From positions 765,776 to 797,775 of the forward strand of contig NC_001263.1 of NCBI RefSeq assembly GCF_000008565.1: a stretch of 32,000 bases of DNA, given 5' to 3'. Positions within the stretch are counted from its first letter, which is position 1. Each line of letters starts with the position of its first letter. Shown piece after piece: positions 21,645 to 32,000 of the stretch. The position numbers and the translations under genes were made by a program. The DNA is from Deinococcus radiodurans R1 = ATCC 13939 = DSM 20539. GTDB lineage: Bacteria; Deinococcota; Deinococci; Deinococcales; Deinococcaceae. Under the pieces are notes generated by a model. That model had not been told where the DNA came from, did no database searches, and saw only the letters and a program-made list of their open reading frames with translations.

Positions 21645-23548
21645 GCCGTTTTCCCACTGAAGACCAAACCCAGACCCAGACCATGACCGAGGTCACCAAC
21701 GTCTCGCAGGAGAAATCACCGCTCAACCTCAACTTCTCGCGCGAAGTCAAGCTGGTGCTGGTGGTGCTCGGCATGGTCGCCCTGATCGGCGGCTGGTTCG
21801 TCCTGACCGGCCAGCCCGACGACCAGACCGTCACCGCGCCGGTCCCCGTGACTACCCCAGCCCCGGAGACGGCCACCACACCTGAAACCGCGCCGGCAGG
21901 AAATGCGGCCCCGGACGGTCAGACGGCGGGCACGGCCACAGAGACGACGACCACCCCAGGCACTACAGATGAGTCGTCCGGCAAGAAGGCGACAGGAACA
22001 GCCGCCAAGTCGCAGAAAGGCACGCAGTCTGGCGACGGCTCCGACGAAAGCCTGGTGGCGACGGTGCCGCCGTTGGAGGGTGAAGGCACGGCGACCCCAC
22101 CGGTGCCCGTGCCCGGCGGCATCAACCCGGACCGCCCGCTCAAGACCCTCAGCGGCGCGGACCCCTTCGGCTCTCTGACGCCCAGTCCGGGAACCGGCAC
22201 GGCTGGCGGGACGGCTCCAGCCACCCCGGTCGAAGCCCAAACTCCGGAAACTCAAAGCCCGGAGACGGCGCCCGAAACGCAGGCACCCACCGCGCAGAGC
22301 ACTACCAATAGCCCAGCCCCGGTGGTCCTCAGCAGCCCGGCAGGCAGCAGTGTCAGCGGGCAGGGCGGCGTGCTCGATTACTCCTCGCGCCTCGATCAAG
22401 GGGCCCTGCCGACCCCTGTGATCCCAGTATCTCCGACGGAAGTCCGCAGCCCGGTGACCAGCGCTCCGGTCAGTGGCAGCTCAGTCAACGGCGACAGTGT
22501 CGGCAGCGGCATGGCGACAGCGCCCACGGTTGTGGTGAGCACTCCGGCTCAGCCCACCACCACTCCCTCGGCTTCAAGCCCAGTGGCTCGGAATACAGCG
22601 GGCCAGAGCGGAGCAGGACAGAACACGGGCGCCTCCCGCCCGGCCAGTGGCACCCCGTCGCGGGCCAGTGCTCCCAACGTGGTCGTCGTGCGTCCTCCGG
22701 CTCGCGTGTCCGGTACTTCGGCGGCGGGCGCGACGGGCAGCTCACGCACCGGCGCGGCGGGCACGCCCGCAGCAACGCCGACGCGCAACCAGTCTGCGTC
22801 CGGCACCCGCCCCGCGTCCGGGCAGACGCCGCCCCGAGTCATTGCGGTGGCCCCGGCGGGGGGCGCCCGAACTCCGGCAGCCCCCGGGAACAGACCGGCG
22901 ACCGCCGCACCGACCCGGCCCAGCCCTTCCAGCACCGCTCCCAGCAAGACCGTCGTGGTGCGGCCCCCGGTCCCGGTCAGCGGGCAGCAACCGCCCCGCG
23001 TCGTGACCAGCCCCGCTGCGGGCGTCCCGGCGGGCAACGCAGCCCCAGCGCCGACCCCGCCTCCAGTCGTGGCGGCGCGGGTACCCCAGGCGAACACCGT
23101 GCCTGAGCTGGTGGCCCAGGCGGGCACGTCGGCGGCCCCGGCCACTTCCGGTGCGTCCGCCGGAACGGGCACGGCTGGTCAAGCGGGCAATGACGCCGCT
23201 GGCACGGCGGCCCTACCTCCCCTCATCACGGCGGTGGGCAGCGAGGCGGCTCCGGCCAGCACCGCTACGGCGGACGCAGGAAGCAGCACCCCGGCGGCGC
23301 CGGCAGCGACTGCCCTCGACCGCCTGCTCGCGCCGGGTCAGGTGGCCCTCAGCTCGGTGGTGCTCGGCCCGACCAACACGGCGGTGTTCCGCACGCCGCA
23401 GGGGTTCGTTGTGGTGGAGCAGGGGCAGACCGTCCCCGGCCTCACCGGCGAAGACGGCACCCCGGTCGTCTTGCAGAAAGTAGAAACCGGCGCCGTCACT
23501 GTGGCGCTTGGCACCAAGGTCAAATCTCTGGAACTGGAACAAAGGTGA
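21641..23548 (+). CDS. Giant low-complexity, membrane-anchored protein in the PilP/PilW position of the pilus operon
   Basis: ATGA overlap with pilO. A TM segment (VKLVLVVLGMVALIGGWFVLTG) is followed by ~490 aa rich in P/T/A/S/G. The ~75-aa ordered C-terminus reads 'LAPGQVALSSVVLGPTNTAVFRTPQGFVVVEQGQTVPGL..VVLQKVETGAVTVALGTKVKSLEL'. Confidence 0.75.
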   Translation: MSRFPTEDQTQTQTMTEVTNVSQEKSPLNLNFSREVKLVLVVLGMVALIGGWFVLTGQPDDQTVTAPVPVTTPAPETATTPETAPAGNAAPDGQTAGTATETTTTPGTTDESSGKKATGTAAKSQKGTQSGDGSDESLVATVPPLEGEGTATPPVPVPGGINPDRPLKTLSGADPFGSLTPSPGTGTAGGTAPATPVEAQTPETQSPETAPETQAPTAQSTTNSPAPVVLSSPAGSSVSGQGGVLDYSSRLDQGALPTPVIPVSPTEVRSPVTSAPVSGSSVNGDSVGSGMATAPTVVVSTPAQPTTTPSASSPVARNTAGQSGAGQNTGASRPASGTPSRASAPNVVVVRPPARVSGTSAAGATGSSRTGAAGTPAATPTRNQSASGTRPASGQTPPRVIAVAPAGGARTPAAPGNRPATAAPTRPSPSSTAPSKTVVVRPPVPVSGQQPPRVVTSPAAGVPAGNAAPAPTPPPVVAARVPQANTVPELVAQAGTSAAPATSGASAGTGTAGQAGNDAAGTAALPPLITAVGSEAAPASTATADAGSSTPAAPAATALDRLLAPGQVALSSVVLGPTNTAVFRTPQGFVVVEQGQTVPGLTGEDGTPVVLQKVETGAVTVALGTKVKSLELEQR

Positions 23549-23551
23549 GCC

Positions 23552-25774
<2,223 letters not shown>

Positions 25775-25778
25775 CGCC

Positions 25779-25927
25779 TAGAGCAGTTCTCCGAATTACG
25801 CGTGCGTCGGAACAGCACCGCCACCCGCTCCATTCTCTGCTTCGCAGCTTTGCAAGTCCGTTCTGCTCCGTGTTTGTACTCGCTCTGCTCGCCAAAAAGC
25901 TGTGCCATCTTTTTGTCAAATGCTCTA
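25779..25927 (+). repeat. Chimeric small noncoding repeat, copy D
   Basis: The left end tagagca and right end ttgtcaaatgctcta match the TIRs of the 28947 family. The interior differs and shares short blocks with the esterase insert (ccgctccattc, ggaa(c)agcaccgcc, tactcgc). Confidence 0.6.
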
Positions 25928-25935
25928 CGTCATAC

Positions 25936-25968
25936 CGGCGCCTTTCTGCGAAGGGGCGCCGCTTTTTT
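25936..25968 (+). terminator. Rho-independent terminator of the pil operon
   Basis: cggcgcc (25936-25942) pairs with ggcgccg (25955-25961), followed by c and tttttt (25963-25968). Confidence 0.75.
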
Positions 25969-26025
25969 GACTCTCGCGGCGGAGCCTGTTTGCTCAAGCC
26001 GCCGCGCCGGGGCCGCCAATCCCGC

Positions 26026-26031
26026 TACAGT
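26026..26031 (+). promoter_or_regulatory. -10 box abutting the aroC start
   Basis: TACAGT, 6 nt, then ATG 26038. Confidence 0.45.
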
Positions 26032-26037
26032 CGCCCT

Positions 26038-27186
<1,149 letters not shown>

Positions 27187-27306
27187 GGGCGCCTTGACCT
27201 TTTCTGAGCTTTCGGAAAGCGTCCAGCACGCACTGGACGAGGTGCTGGCGGCGCCGCCCCGGCCCCCGGAGGGTGAGGCAGGCACCCCGCTTCAGGGGGA
27301 TGAGGG

Positions 27307-27312
27307 TAGACT
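27307..27312 (+). promoter_or_regulatory. -10 box abutting the preferred aroK start
   Basis: TAGACT, 7 nt, then ATG 27320. Confidence 0.4.
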
Positions 27313-27319
27313 GCCTGTT

Positions 27320-27910
27320 ATGTTTCCGTCCGGCCTGATTGAACGCCCTGCCAACTGGGTGGCGCTGGCGGGCTTTATGGGCACTGGCAAAAGCCGGATC
27401 GGCTGGGAGCTGTCCCGCGCCCTGGCGCTGCATTTCGTGGACACCGACAAGCTCATCACCCGGGTGGTCGGCAAAAGCATCCCCGAGGTGTTCGCGCAGG
27501 AGGGCGAAGGCTATTTCCGCGCCTGCGAGCGCGAGGTGGTGCAGCGCGTGACCCGGCTTGACCACGCTGTGATCAGCCTCGGCGGCGGCACCTTCATCCA
27601 CGAGGAAAACCGCCGCCTGCTGCTGTCGCGCGGCCCGGTGGTCGTGCTGTGGGCCACCCCCGAAACCGTCTACCAGCGCACCAAGCACAGCGACCGGCCC
27701 CTCCTCAAGGTCGAAGACCCCCTCTCGCGCATTCGCACCCTGATGAACGAGCGCGAAGGCGTCTACCGCCAGGGCACCATTCACGTTCACAGCGACGGGC
27801 GCCCCTCCGAGGAGATCGTGGAAGAGGTCGTCGAACGGCTCTGGGCCTGGCGCGACGCCCAGGCGGCGTGGGCCGCCCTGCCCCCGGACTACGACCGTGC
27901 GACGAGTTGA
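27320..27910 (+). CDS. aroK: Shikimate kinase
   Basis: P-loop '[13 protein letters not shown]' at residues ~17-29 when started at ATG 27320, which is preceded by TAGACT-N7. The TTG 27194 alternative adds 42 non-conserved residues. Confidence 0.85.
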   Translation: MFPSGLIERPANWVALAGFMGTGKSRIGWELSRALALHFVDTDKLITRVVGKSIPEVFAQEGEGYFRACEREVVQRVTRLDHAVISLGGGTFIHEENRRLLLSRGPVVVLWATPETVYQRTKHSDRPLLKVEDPLSRIRTLMNEREGVYRQGTIHVHSDGRPSEEIVEEVVERLWAWRDAQAAWAALPPDYDRATS

Positions 27911-28949
27911 GGTCGGCGGCGCGGCGCCTTACGCCGTGGAGGTCGGCCCTGGCCTGCTGACCCGTCTCGCGGTGCCTGAAACGCCTAGCGCCCTGATTCA
28001 TCCCGCCGACCTACCCGCCGCGTGGGTCGAGCAGGCGCAGGCGAGCTTGCAGCCCCATCTGACGGTGACCGTGCCCGCCCGCGACGAGTGCAAGACGCTG
28101 GAAGTTTTCGCGGACGTGCTCTCGCAGCTCGCGCAGGCGGGCCTGCCCCGCAGCGGCGCGGTGGTGGGCCTCGGCGGCGGCGCGGCGACCGACCTCGCGG
28201 GTTTTGTTGCGGCAAGTTACCTGCGCGGCGTGGCTTTCTACACCGCGCCGACCACGCTGCTCGGCATGGTGGACGCGGCGGTGGGCGGCAAAACAGGCGT
28301 CAACCTCCCCGAAGGCAAAAACCTCGTCGGTGCCTTCTGGCCGCCCCGCGCCGTGTGGTGCGACACGGCTACGCTTACCACGCTGCCGGACGCCGTGTTC
28401 CGTGAGGGGGCCGCCGAAGCCTTCAAGCACGGGTTGATGGCTGACCCCAGCCTGCTCGACCGGGTGGTGTCGCCCGACTTTCGGCCCGGCGGCGCTCTGC
28501 TCGAAGACACCCTGGCCGATGCAATTGCTGTCAAGGCCGGGGTCGTCACCCGCGACCTGACCGAGCAGGGCGAGCGGGCTTTCCTCAACTTCGGGCACAC
28601 GCTGGCGCACGCGCTCGAAGCCGTGACCCATCAGGCCATCCCCCACGGCGAGGCGGTGGCCTACGGGATGCACTACGCCGCTCGCCTCAGCCACGCGCTC
28701 GGCGGCGCCGACCTGACCGCCCACACCCGCGCTTTTCTGCGCTGGCAACGGCCCCGGCGCCTGCCGCCGCTCACTTTCGACGCGCTCGCGCCCTTCATTG
28801 CCCGTGACAAGAAGGCCGACAGCGCGGGCGTGCGCTTCGTGCTCCTGCGTGACCTCGCCCAGCCTTACCTCGCCCGCGTGCCCGACGACGTGCTGCGCCG
28901 CGAGTTCGACGGTTGGCAAGCAGACCTAGCGGAGCTTTTTCCTCTTTAG
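27897..28949 (+). CDS. aroB: 3-dehydroquinate synthase
   Basis: '[13 protein letters not shown]', '[12 protein letters not shown]' and '[12 protein letters not shown]' motifs. The GTG start overlaps the aroK end by 14 nt. The TAG stop is the first triplet of repeat copy C. Confidence 0.92.
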   Translation: MRRVEVGGAAPYAVEVGPGLLTRLAVPETPSALIHPADLPAAWVEQAQASLQPHLTVTVPARDECKTLEVFADVLSQLAQAGLPRSGAVVGLGGGAATDLAGFVAASYLRGVAFYTAPTTLLGMVDAAVGGKTGVNLPEGKNLVGAFWPPRAVWCDTATLTTLPDAVFREGAAEAFKHGLMADPSLLDRVVSPDFRPGGALLEDTLADAIAVKAGVVTRDLTEQGERAFLNFGHTLAHALEAVTHQAIPHGEAVAYGMHYAARLSHALGGADLTAHTRAFLRWQRPRRLPPLTFDALAPFIARDKKADSAGVRFVLLRDLAQPYLARVPDDVLRREFDGWQADLAELFPL

Positions 28950-29055
28950 AGCATTTGACAAAAGAATGGGTGGCCTACTTTGACCCTCTACCTTGATGGG
29001 AGAGGGCCTTGCAAAGCAAGGGGTGAGGGTGGCTGTTTTCTGTCAAATGCGCTAG
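28947..29055 (+). repeat. Small noncoding repeat, copy C (complete, TIR-bounded, MITE-like)
   Basis: The TIRs are TAGAGCATTTGACA (28947-28960) and TGTCAAATGCGCTA (29042-29055). Internal hairpins are ccctct..agaggg and ccttgc-aaa-gcaagg. Confidence 0.88.
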
Positions 29056-29097
29056 CCCCAGCCCTGCCGCCCTGCATCAGCCGGGCTATCCTGCCTC

Positions 29098-29529
29098 ATG
29101 CTGCTCATTCTCAACGGTCCCAACCTCAACCGCCTGGGCCTGCGCGAACCGGGGGTTTACGGCTCGCAGACCCTCGAAGACCTGGAGCGCCAGTGCGAGG
29201 CCTGGGGCGCCGAACTGGAAATGAGCGTCACCTGCCGCCAGAGCAACTACGAGGGCCAGCTCCTCGAATGGGTGCAGGACGCCGAGGAGCAGGGCTTTAC
29301 CGGCCTCGTCATCAACCCCGGCGCGCTGACCCACTACAGCTACGCCCTGCGCGACGCGATTGCGGGGCAGCGACTCCCGGTGGTCGAGGTCCACATCAGC
29401 AACGTGGACGCCCGCGAGGAGTTCCGGCACCAGTCGGTCACGGCGGCGGTGTGCCGGGGCAAAATCAGCGGCCTGGGCTTCAGCGGCTACCGGCTGGCGA
29501 TGGAGTATCTGGCAGAAGTGCTCGAGTGA
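29098..29529 (+). CDS. aroQ: Type II 3-dehydroquinate dehydratase
   Basis: MLLILNGPNLNRLGLREPGVYG..NPGALTHYSYALRDA..VEVHISNV.. Confidence 0.93.
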   Translation: MLLILNGPNLNRLGLREPGVYGSQTLEDLERQCEAWGAELEMSVTCRQSNYEGQLLEWVQDAEEQGFTGLVINPGALTHYSYALRDAIAGQRLPVVEVHISNVDAREEFRHQSVTAAVCRGKISGLGFSGYRLAMEYLAEVLE

Positions 29530-30503
29530 GTGCGGGGTGGCGGCCTTATCCGGCGCTCCCCGGCAGCACCGTGACCGGCACCCTGCTGCAATGGGACGCG
29601 GTGGGCGACGCCAAGCACGCCCCGCGCCCGCTGCTCGCCTGGCTGCCGCCGTCTTATACGGATTCCGCTCCATTCCAGCACAGACGGGAAAGCACCGCCT
29701 GTGCTTCCATACCGCGAAACCCGTCTTCTTTCCTACTCGCGTCCGCTCGGATTGAATCCGAAACAACTGGATTCAATCGGAATCCGTCCTACAGCGCGGA
29801 CCCGGAGCGGCGCTATCCGGTGGTCTATTTCCACGACGGCCAGAACGTCTTTGACGCCGCGACCAGCTTCAGCGGCGAGTGGGGCGCTGACGAGGTGCTG
29901 ACCGACCTGGCGCGGGAAGGGCTGGAAGCCATCGCCATCGGAATTCCCAACGGGGGCGAGCGGCGGTTTCACGAGTACAGCCCGTGCCCGCCGGTGGCTG
30001 CCGCCCGCGCCGACGTGCCGCCCGGCAGCGGCGGTGGGGCAGATGCTTACGTCCATTTTCTGACGGAGACAGTCAAGCCGCTGGTGGATGCGACCCTGCG
30101 GACCCTTCCCGGCCCGGAGTCAACCTCCGTCATCGGCAGCAGCATGGGCGGGGTGGTCAGTCTGCACGCGCTGCTGACCCGTCCGGACGTGTTCGGCCAC
30201 GCGGGGCTGATGAGCCCGGCCTTCTGGACTGGCGGCGACTTCGCGCTGCGGCAGTCAGAGGCGGCGCCCCTTCCGGCAGGTCGTGTCTGGCTCGACGTGG
30301 GCGGGCGCGAGAGCGACGACCCGGCGCGGGCGGCAGCGTACCGGCAGGACGCGGCGCGGCTGGCCGAGCACTGGCAAGCACGCGGCCTGGGCGAGCGGCT
30401 GCACTTCAGGGAAGACCCGCAGGCCATTCACCACGAGTCGGCGTGGCGGGCGCGGTTGCCGGCGGCGCTGCGGTTTCTGCTGACTGGCACGGTCACGGAC
30501 TGA
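29526..30503 (+). CDS. Alpha/beta-hydrolase esterase (esterase D / enterochelin-esterase-like) carrying a 45-codon in-frame repeat insertion
   Basis: GTG 29526 overlaps the aroQ stop (GTGA). Motifs are 'RYPVVYFHDGQNVFD' and the nucleophile elbow 'GSSMGG'. The insert at 29658-29787 keeps the frame open. Confidence 0.7.
   Translation: MSAGWRPYPALPGSTVTGTLLQWDAVGDAKHAPRPLLAWLPPSYTDSAPFQHRRESTACASIPRNPSSFLLASARIESETTGFNRNPSYSADPERRYPVVYFHDGQNVFDAATSFSGEWGADEVLTDLAREGLEAIAIGIPNGGERRFHEYSPCPPVAAARADVPPGSGGGADAYVHFLTETVKPLVDATLRTLPGPESTSVIGSSMGGVVSLHALLTRPDVFGHAGLMSPAFWTGGDFALRQSEAAPLPAGRVWLDVGGRESDDPARAAAYRQDAARLAEHWQARGLGERLHFREDPQAIHHESAWRARLPAALRFLLTGTVTD
29658..29787. mobile_element. MITE-like small repeat inserted within the esterase coding sequence
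   Basis: A perfect 10-bp TIR is present: ACGGATTCCG (29658-29667) / CGGAATCCGT (29778-29787). There is an internal palindrome cggattgaatcc..ggattcaatcgg. It is flanked by near-identical ccgtcttata / ccgtcctaca, 135 nt apart. Codons are atypical (ata, aga, cga, cta, aca). Confidence 0.7.
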
Positions 30504-30530
30504 GCATTCCCTCAGAAATGGGAGACGCGG

Positions 30531-30536
30531 CATACT
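30531..30536 (+). promoter_or_regulatory. -10 box abutting the 92-aa ORF start
   Basis: CATACT, 6 nt, then ATG 30543. Confidence 0.4.
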
Positions 30537-30542
30537 CGCGCC

Positions 30543-30821
30543 ATGACCGACACCCCGCAAGGTATCGCTTTTACCCTCGACGGTGTGGACGAACTGACGT
30601 TTGCCCGCATCCTGCGCGACGTGATGACCGACCCGGCGTTTCGCAGGCCGCTTCAGATTCAGGCGCAGGAGCCGCGTCCCGGCGTGCCCGCGCGCCTGAC
30701 GGTGGCCTTCGACCCCGCCGAGCGCGAGCGGGCGGTGCTCGCCATGCAGCGGCTCAAGACCGTGCTGCTGCGTCACGGCGTGCAGGTGGACAGCGTGCGG
30801 GTGCCGGGGGAAACGCGCTGA
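30543..30821 (+). CDS. Small hypothetical protein (92 aa)
   Basis: High GC3 and balanced composition (MTDTPQGIAFTLDGVDELTFARILRDVMTDPAF..). CATACT-N6 lies upstream of the ATG. I recognise no family. Confidence 0.55.
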   Translation: MTDTPQGIAFTLDGVDELTFARILRDVMTDPAFRRPLQIQAQEPRPGVPARLTVAFDPAERERAVLAMQRLKTVLLRHGVQVDSVRVPGETR

Positions 30822-30982
30822 CCTAGCCTGGGCGCTGGCTGAGCCGCCGTGAGGCCGTTAAGGGTCCATAAAATCAGCCGCGTCCCAGGGGCGAAGCGCG
30901 GCGTCTACGATACTTGGCAAAGATTTGGTAGGGGACGCACGCTGCGGGGCTGGGCGCGGTCTCGATCTTTGAAGGGCATCGC

Positions 30983-31651
30983 ATGGAACAACGTATTCTC
31001 CTGATCGAAGACAATCCGGATATCACCCGCGTGGTGCAGTACGAGCTTGAACAGGCAGGGTACCGCGTCATTACGGCGCCAGACGGCATCACCGGCCTGA
31101 CGAGCGCCCGCGAAAACACCCCTGACCTGGTCATTCTCGACCTCGGTCTGCCGGACTTCGACGGGGCGGAGGTGGCGCGGCGCCTACGCAAGACGAGCAG
31201 CGTGCCGATCATCATCCTCACGGCGATGGACGCCATCGACCGCAAGGTGAATCTGCTCGAAGCGGGCGCCGACGATTACATGACCAAGCCCTTTCACCCC
31301 GAGGAACTCGTCGCCCGCGTCAAAGTGCAACTGCGGCACCAGCAACACGGCGAGGTCATCACCATCGGGGCGCTCGAAATCCATCCTCAGAAGCGGCTGT
31401 GCTCGTACAACGGCCACGAGGTCCGGCTCTCGCCCAAGGAGTTTGACCTGCTCACGTTCCTGGCGCGGCAGCCGGGCCGGGTCTATTCACGTCAGGAAAT
31501 TGAGCGCGAGGTCTGGAACGGTGAACTCCCCAGCAACTCGAACGTGGTGGATGTCCACATGGCGAACATGCGCGCCAAGCTGCGTGACCTCGACGGCTAC
31601 GGCGTGATTCGCACGGTGCGCGGCATCGGGTACGCGCTCAAAACGCCATAA
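30983..31651 (+). CDS. OmpR/PhoB-family response regulator
   Basis: The receiver domain has 'ILLIEDN', 'DLVILDLGLPDFDG' and 'TKPF'. The winged helix has 'LSPKEFDLLTFLARQPGRVYSR..VVDVHMANMRAKL..IRTVRGIGYAL'. Confidence 0.92.
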   Translation: MEQRILLIEDNPDITRVVQYELEQAGYRVITAPDGITGLTSARENTPDLVILDLGLPDFDGAEVARRLRKTSSVPIIILTAMDAIDRKVNLLEAGADDYMTKPFHPEELVARVKVQLRHQQHGEVITIGALEIHPQKRLCSYNGHEVRLSPKEFDLLTFLARQPGRVYSRQEIEREVWNGELPSNSNVVDVHMANMRAKLRDLDGYGVIRTVRGIGYALKTP

Positions 31652-31668
31652 AGCGCACCTGAGGAAAG

Positions 31669-31696
31669 GGGGCCTGCCGGGTGCGGGCCTCTTTTT
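31669..31696 (+). terminator. Rho-independent terminator after the response regulator
   Basis: ggggcctgc / gcgggcctc form a 9-bp stem (2 G-U pairs) with loop cgggt, followed by ttttt. Confidence 0.65.
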
Positions 31697-31710
31697 GTGG
31701 TCGGGGGCGG

Positions 31711-31716
31711 CACAAT
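31711..31716 (+). promoter_or_regulatory. -10 box abutting the DmpA-like gene start
   Basis: CACAAT, 7 nt, then ATG 31724. Confidence 0.4.
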
Positions 31717-31723
31717 GGCACCC

Positions 31724-32000
31724 ATGCCTGAGCCTGTCAATACCACCCTGACCGCCATCCCCGGATTTCAGGTCGGCCACTGGACCGACCCGCTGGCCCA
31801 GACCGGCTGCACCGTCGTCCTCTGCCCGCCGGAAGGTGCGGTGGCCTCGGCGTCGTTCATCGGCCCCAGCCCCGCGACCCGCGAAGGGGTGCTGCTCAGT
31901 CCCGAAAAGAAGGTGGAGCGCGTGCACGCCCTGCTGCTGACGGGCGGCAGCGCCTTTGGCCTCGCGGCGGCGACCGGGGTGGTGCGGGTGCTCGAAGAGC
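31724..32000 (+). CDS. DmpA/peptidase S58 (P1) family protein, 5' part only
   Basis: My translation reads MPEPVNTTLTAIPGFQVGHWTDPLAQTGCTVVLCPPEGAVASASFIGPSPATREGVLLSPE..LLLTGGSAFGLAAATGV. It is not in the track because no stop lies in the window. An alternative ATG is at 31715. Confidence 0.7.
   Translation, partial: MPEPVNTTLTAIPGFQVGHWTDPLAQTGCTVVLCPPEGAVASASFIGPSPATREGVLLSPEKKVERVHALLLTGGSAFGLAAATGVVRVLEE

Noticed and set aside
21830-23310. Nucleotide-level repetitiveness in the P/T/A-rich region considered as a tandem repeat or VNTR.
   Set aside because: I see only degenerate amino-acid-level repeats (for example VVV(V)RPP.(R/P)VSG occurring twice). I could find no exact tandem DNA unit by eye. 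I report it as low-complexity coding sequence instead.
29745-29790. A tRNA-like T-arm resemblance ('ggattgaatcc') within the esterase insert.
   Set aside because: No acceptor stem, anticodon arm or D-arm can be built around it. It is the internal palindrome of the repeat element.
28980-30503. A single 507-aa ORF spanning the repeat, aroQ and the esterase.
   Set aside because: The first ~180 codons start inside repeat copy C and run out of frame across aroQ, with Arg/Pro/Gly-rich junk. Only the part from GTG 29526 has hydrolase motifs.

Overview
This high-GC window (most 60-nt lines I hand-counted are about 62-72% G+C) looks like a Deinococcus chromosome of the D. radiodurans type. That attribution rests on gene content, small TIR-bounded noncoding repeats and many start codons sitting directly behind a -10 box. 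It is from memory and unverified.

I support about 31 protein-coding genes, nearly all core housekeeping:
- a PAS/GGDEF/EAL signalling protein (partial; missing from the ORF track because it runs off the window)
- minE-minD and a DsbA-like/DsbB-like pair
- rplS, tsaB, gltA, a DUF72 protein and a ZapE/AFG1 ATPase
- a beta-lactamase-fold serine hydrolase, a metallophosphoesterase, a small secreted protein and a GNAT
- lipB-lipA, a PQQ-like beta-propeller protein, a mini Rossmann protein, murF and a lipoprotein
- a translationally coupled type IV pilus/competence operon (pilM-pilN-pilO, a 635-aa low-complexity protein, then the pilQ secretin)
- aroC-aroK-aroB-aroQ plus a coupled esterase
- a small hypothetical protein, an OmpR-type response regulator and a partial DmpA/S58-like peptidase

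I found no rRNA, tRNA, CRISPR array, IS element or prophage, and no recognisable defence island. Many long ORFs in the track are antisense mirrors of real genes, as expected at this GC content.

The main things worth a second look:
1. An ~870-nt AT-rich block (35-40% GC) lies in frame inside pilQ and ends exactly at a domain boundary.
2. The PilP/PilW slot is occupied by a giant Pro/Thr/Ala/Ser-rich membrane-anchored protein, and PilN and PilO carry similar tails.
3. A 135-bp TIR-bounded repeat is inserted in frame in the esterase gene.
4. A MITE-like repeat family abuts or supplies the stop codons of three genes.
5. A recurrent TAnnnT-N6/7-start architecture implies leaderless mRNAs and changes several start-codon calls.

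I do not see a clear novel multi-gene system. The unusual pilus/secretin module is the best candidate.
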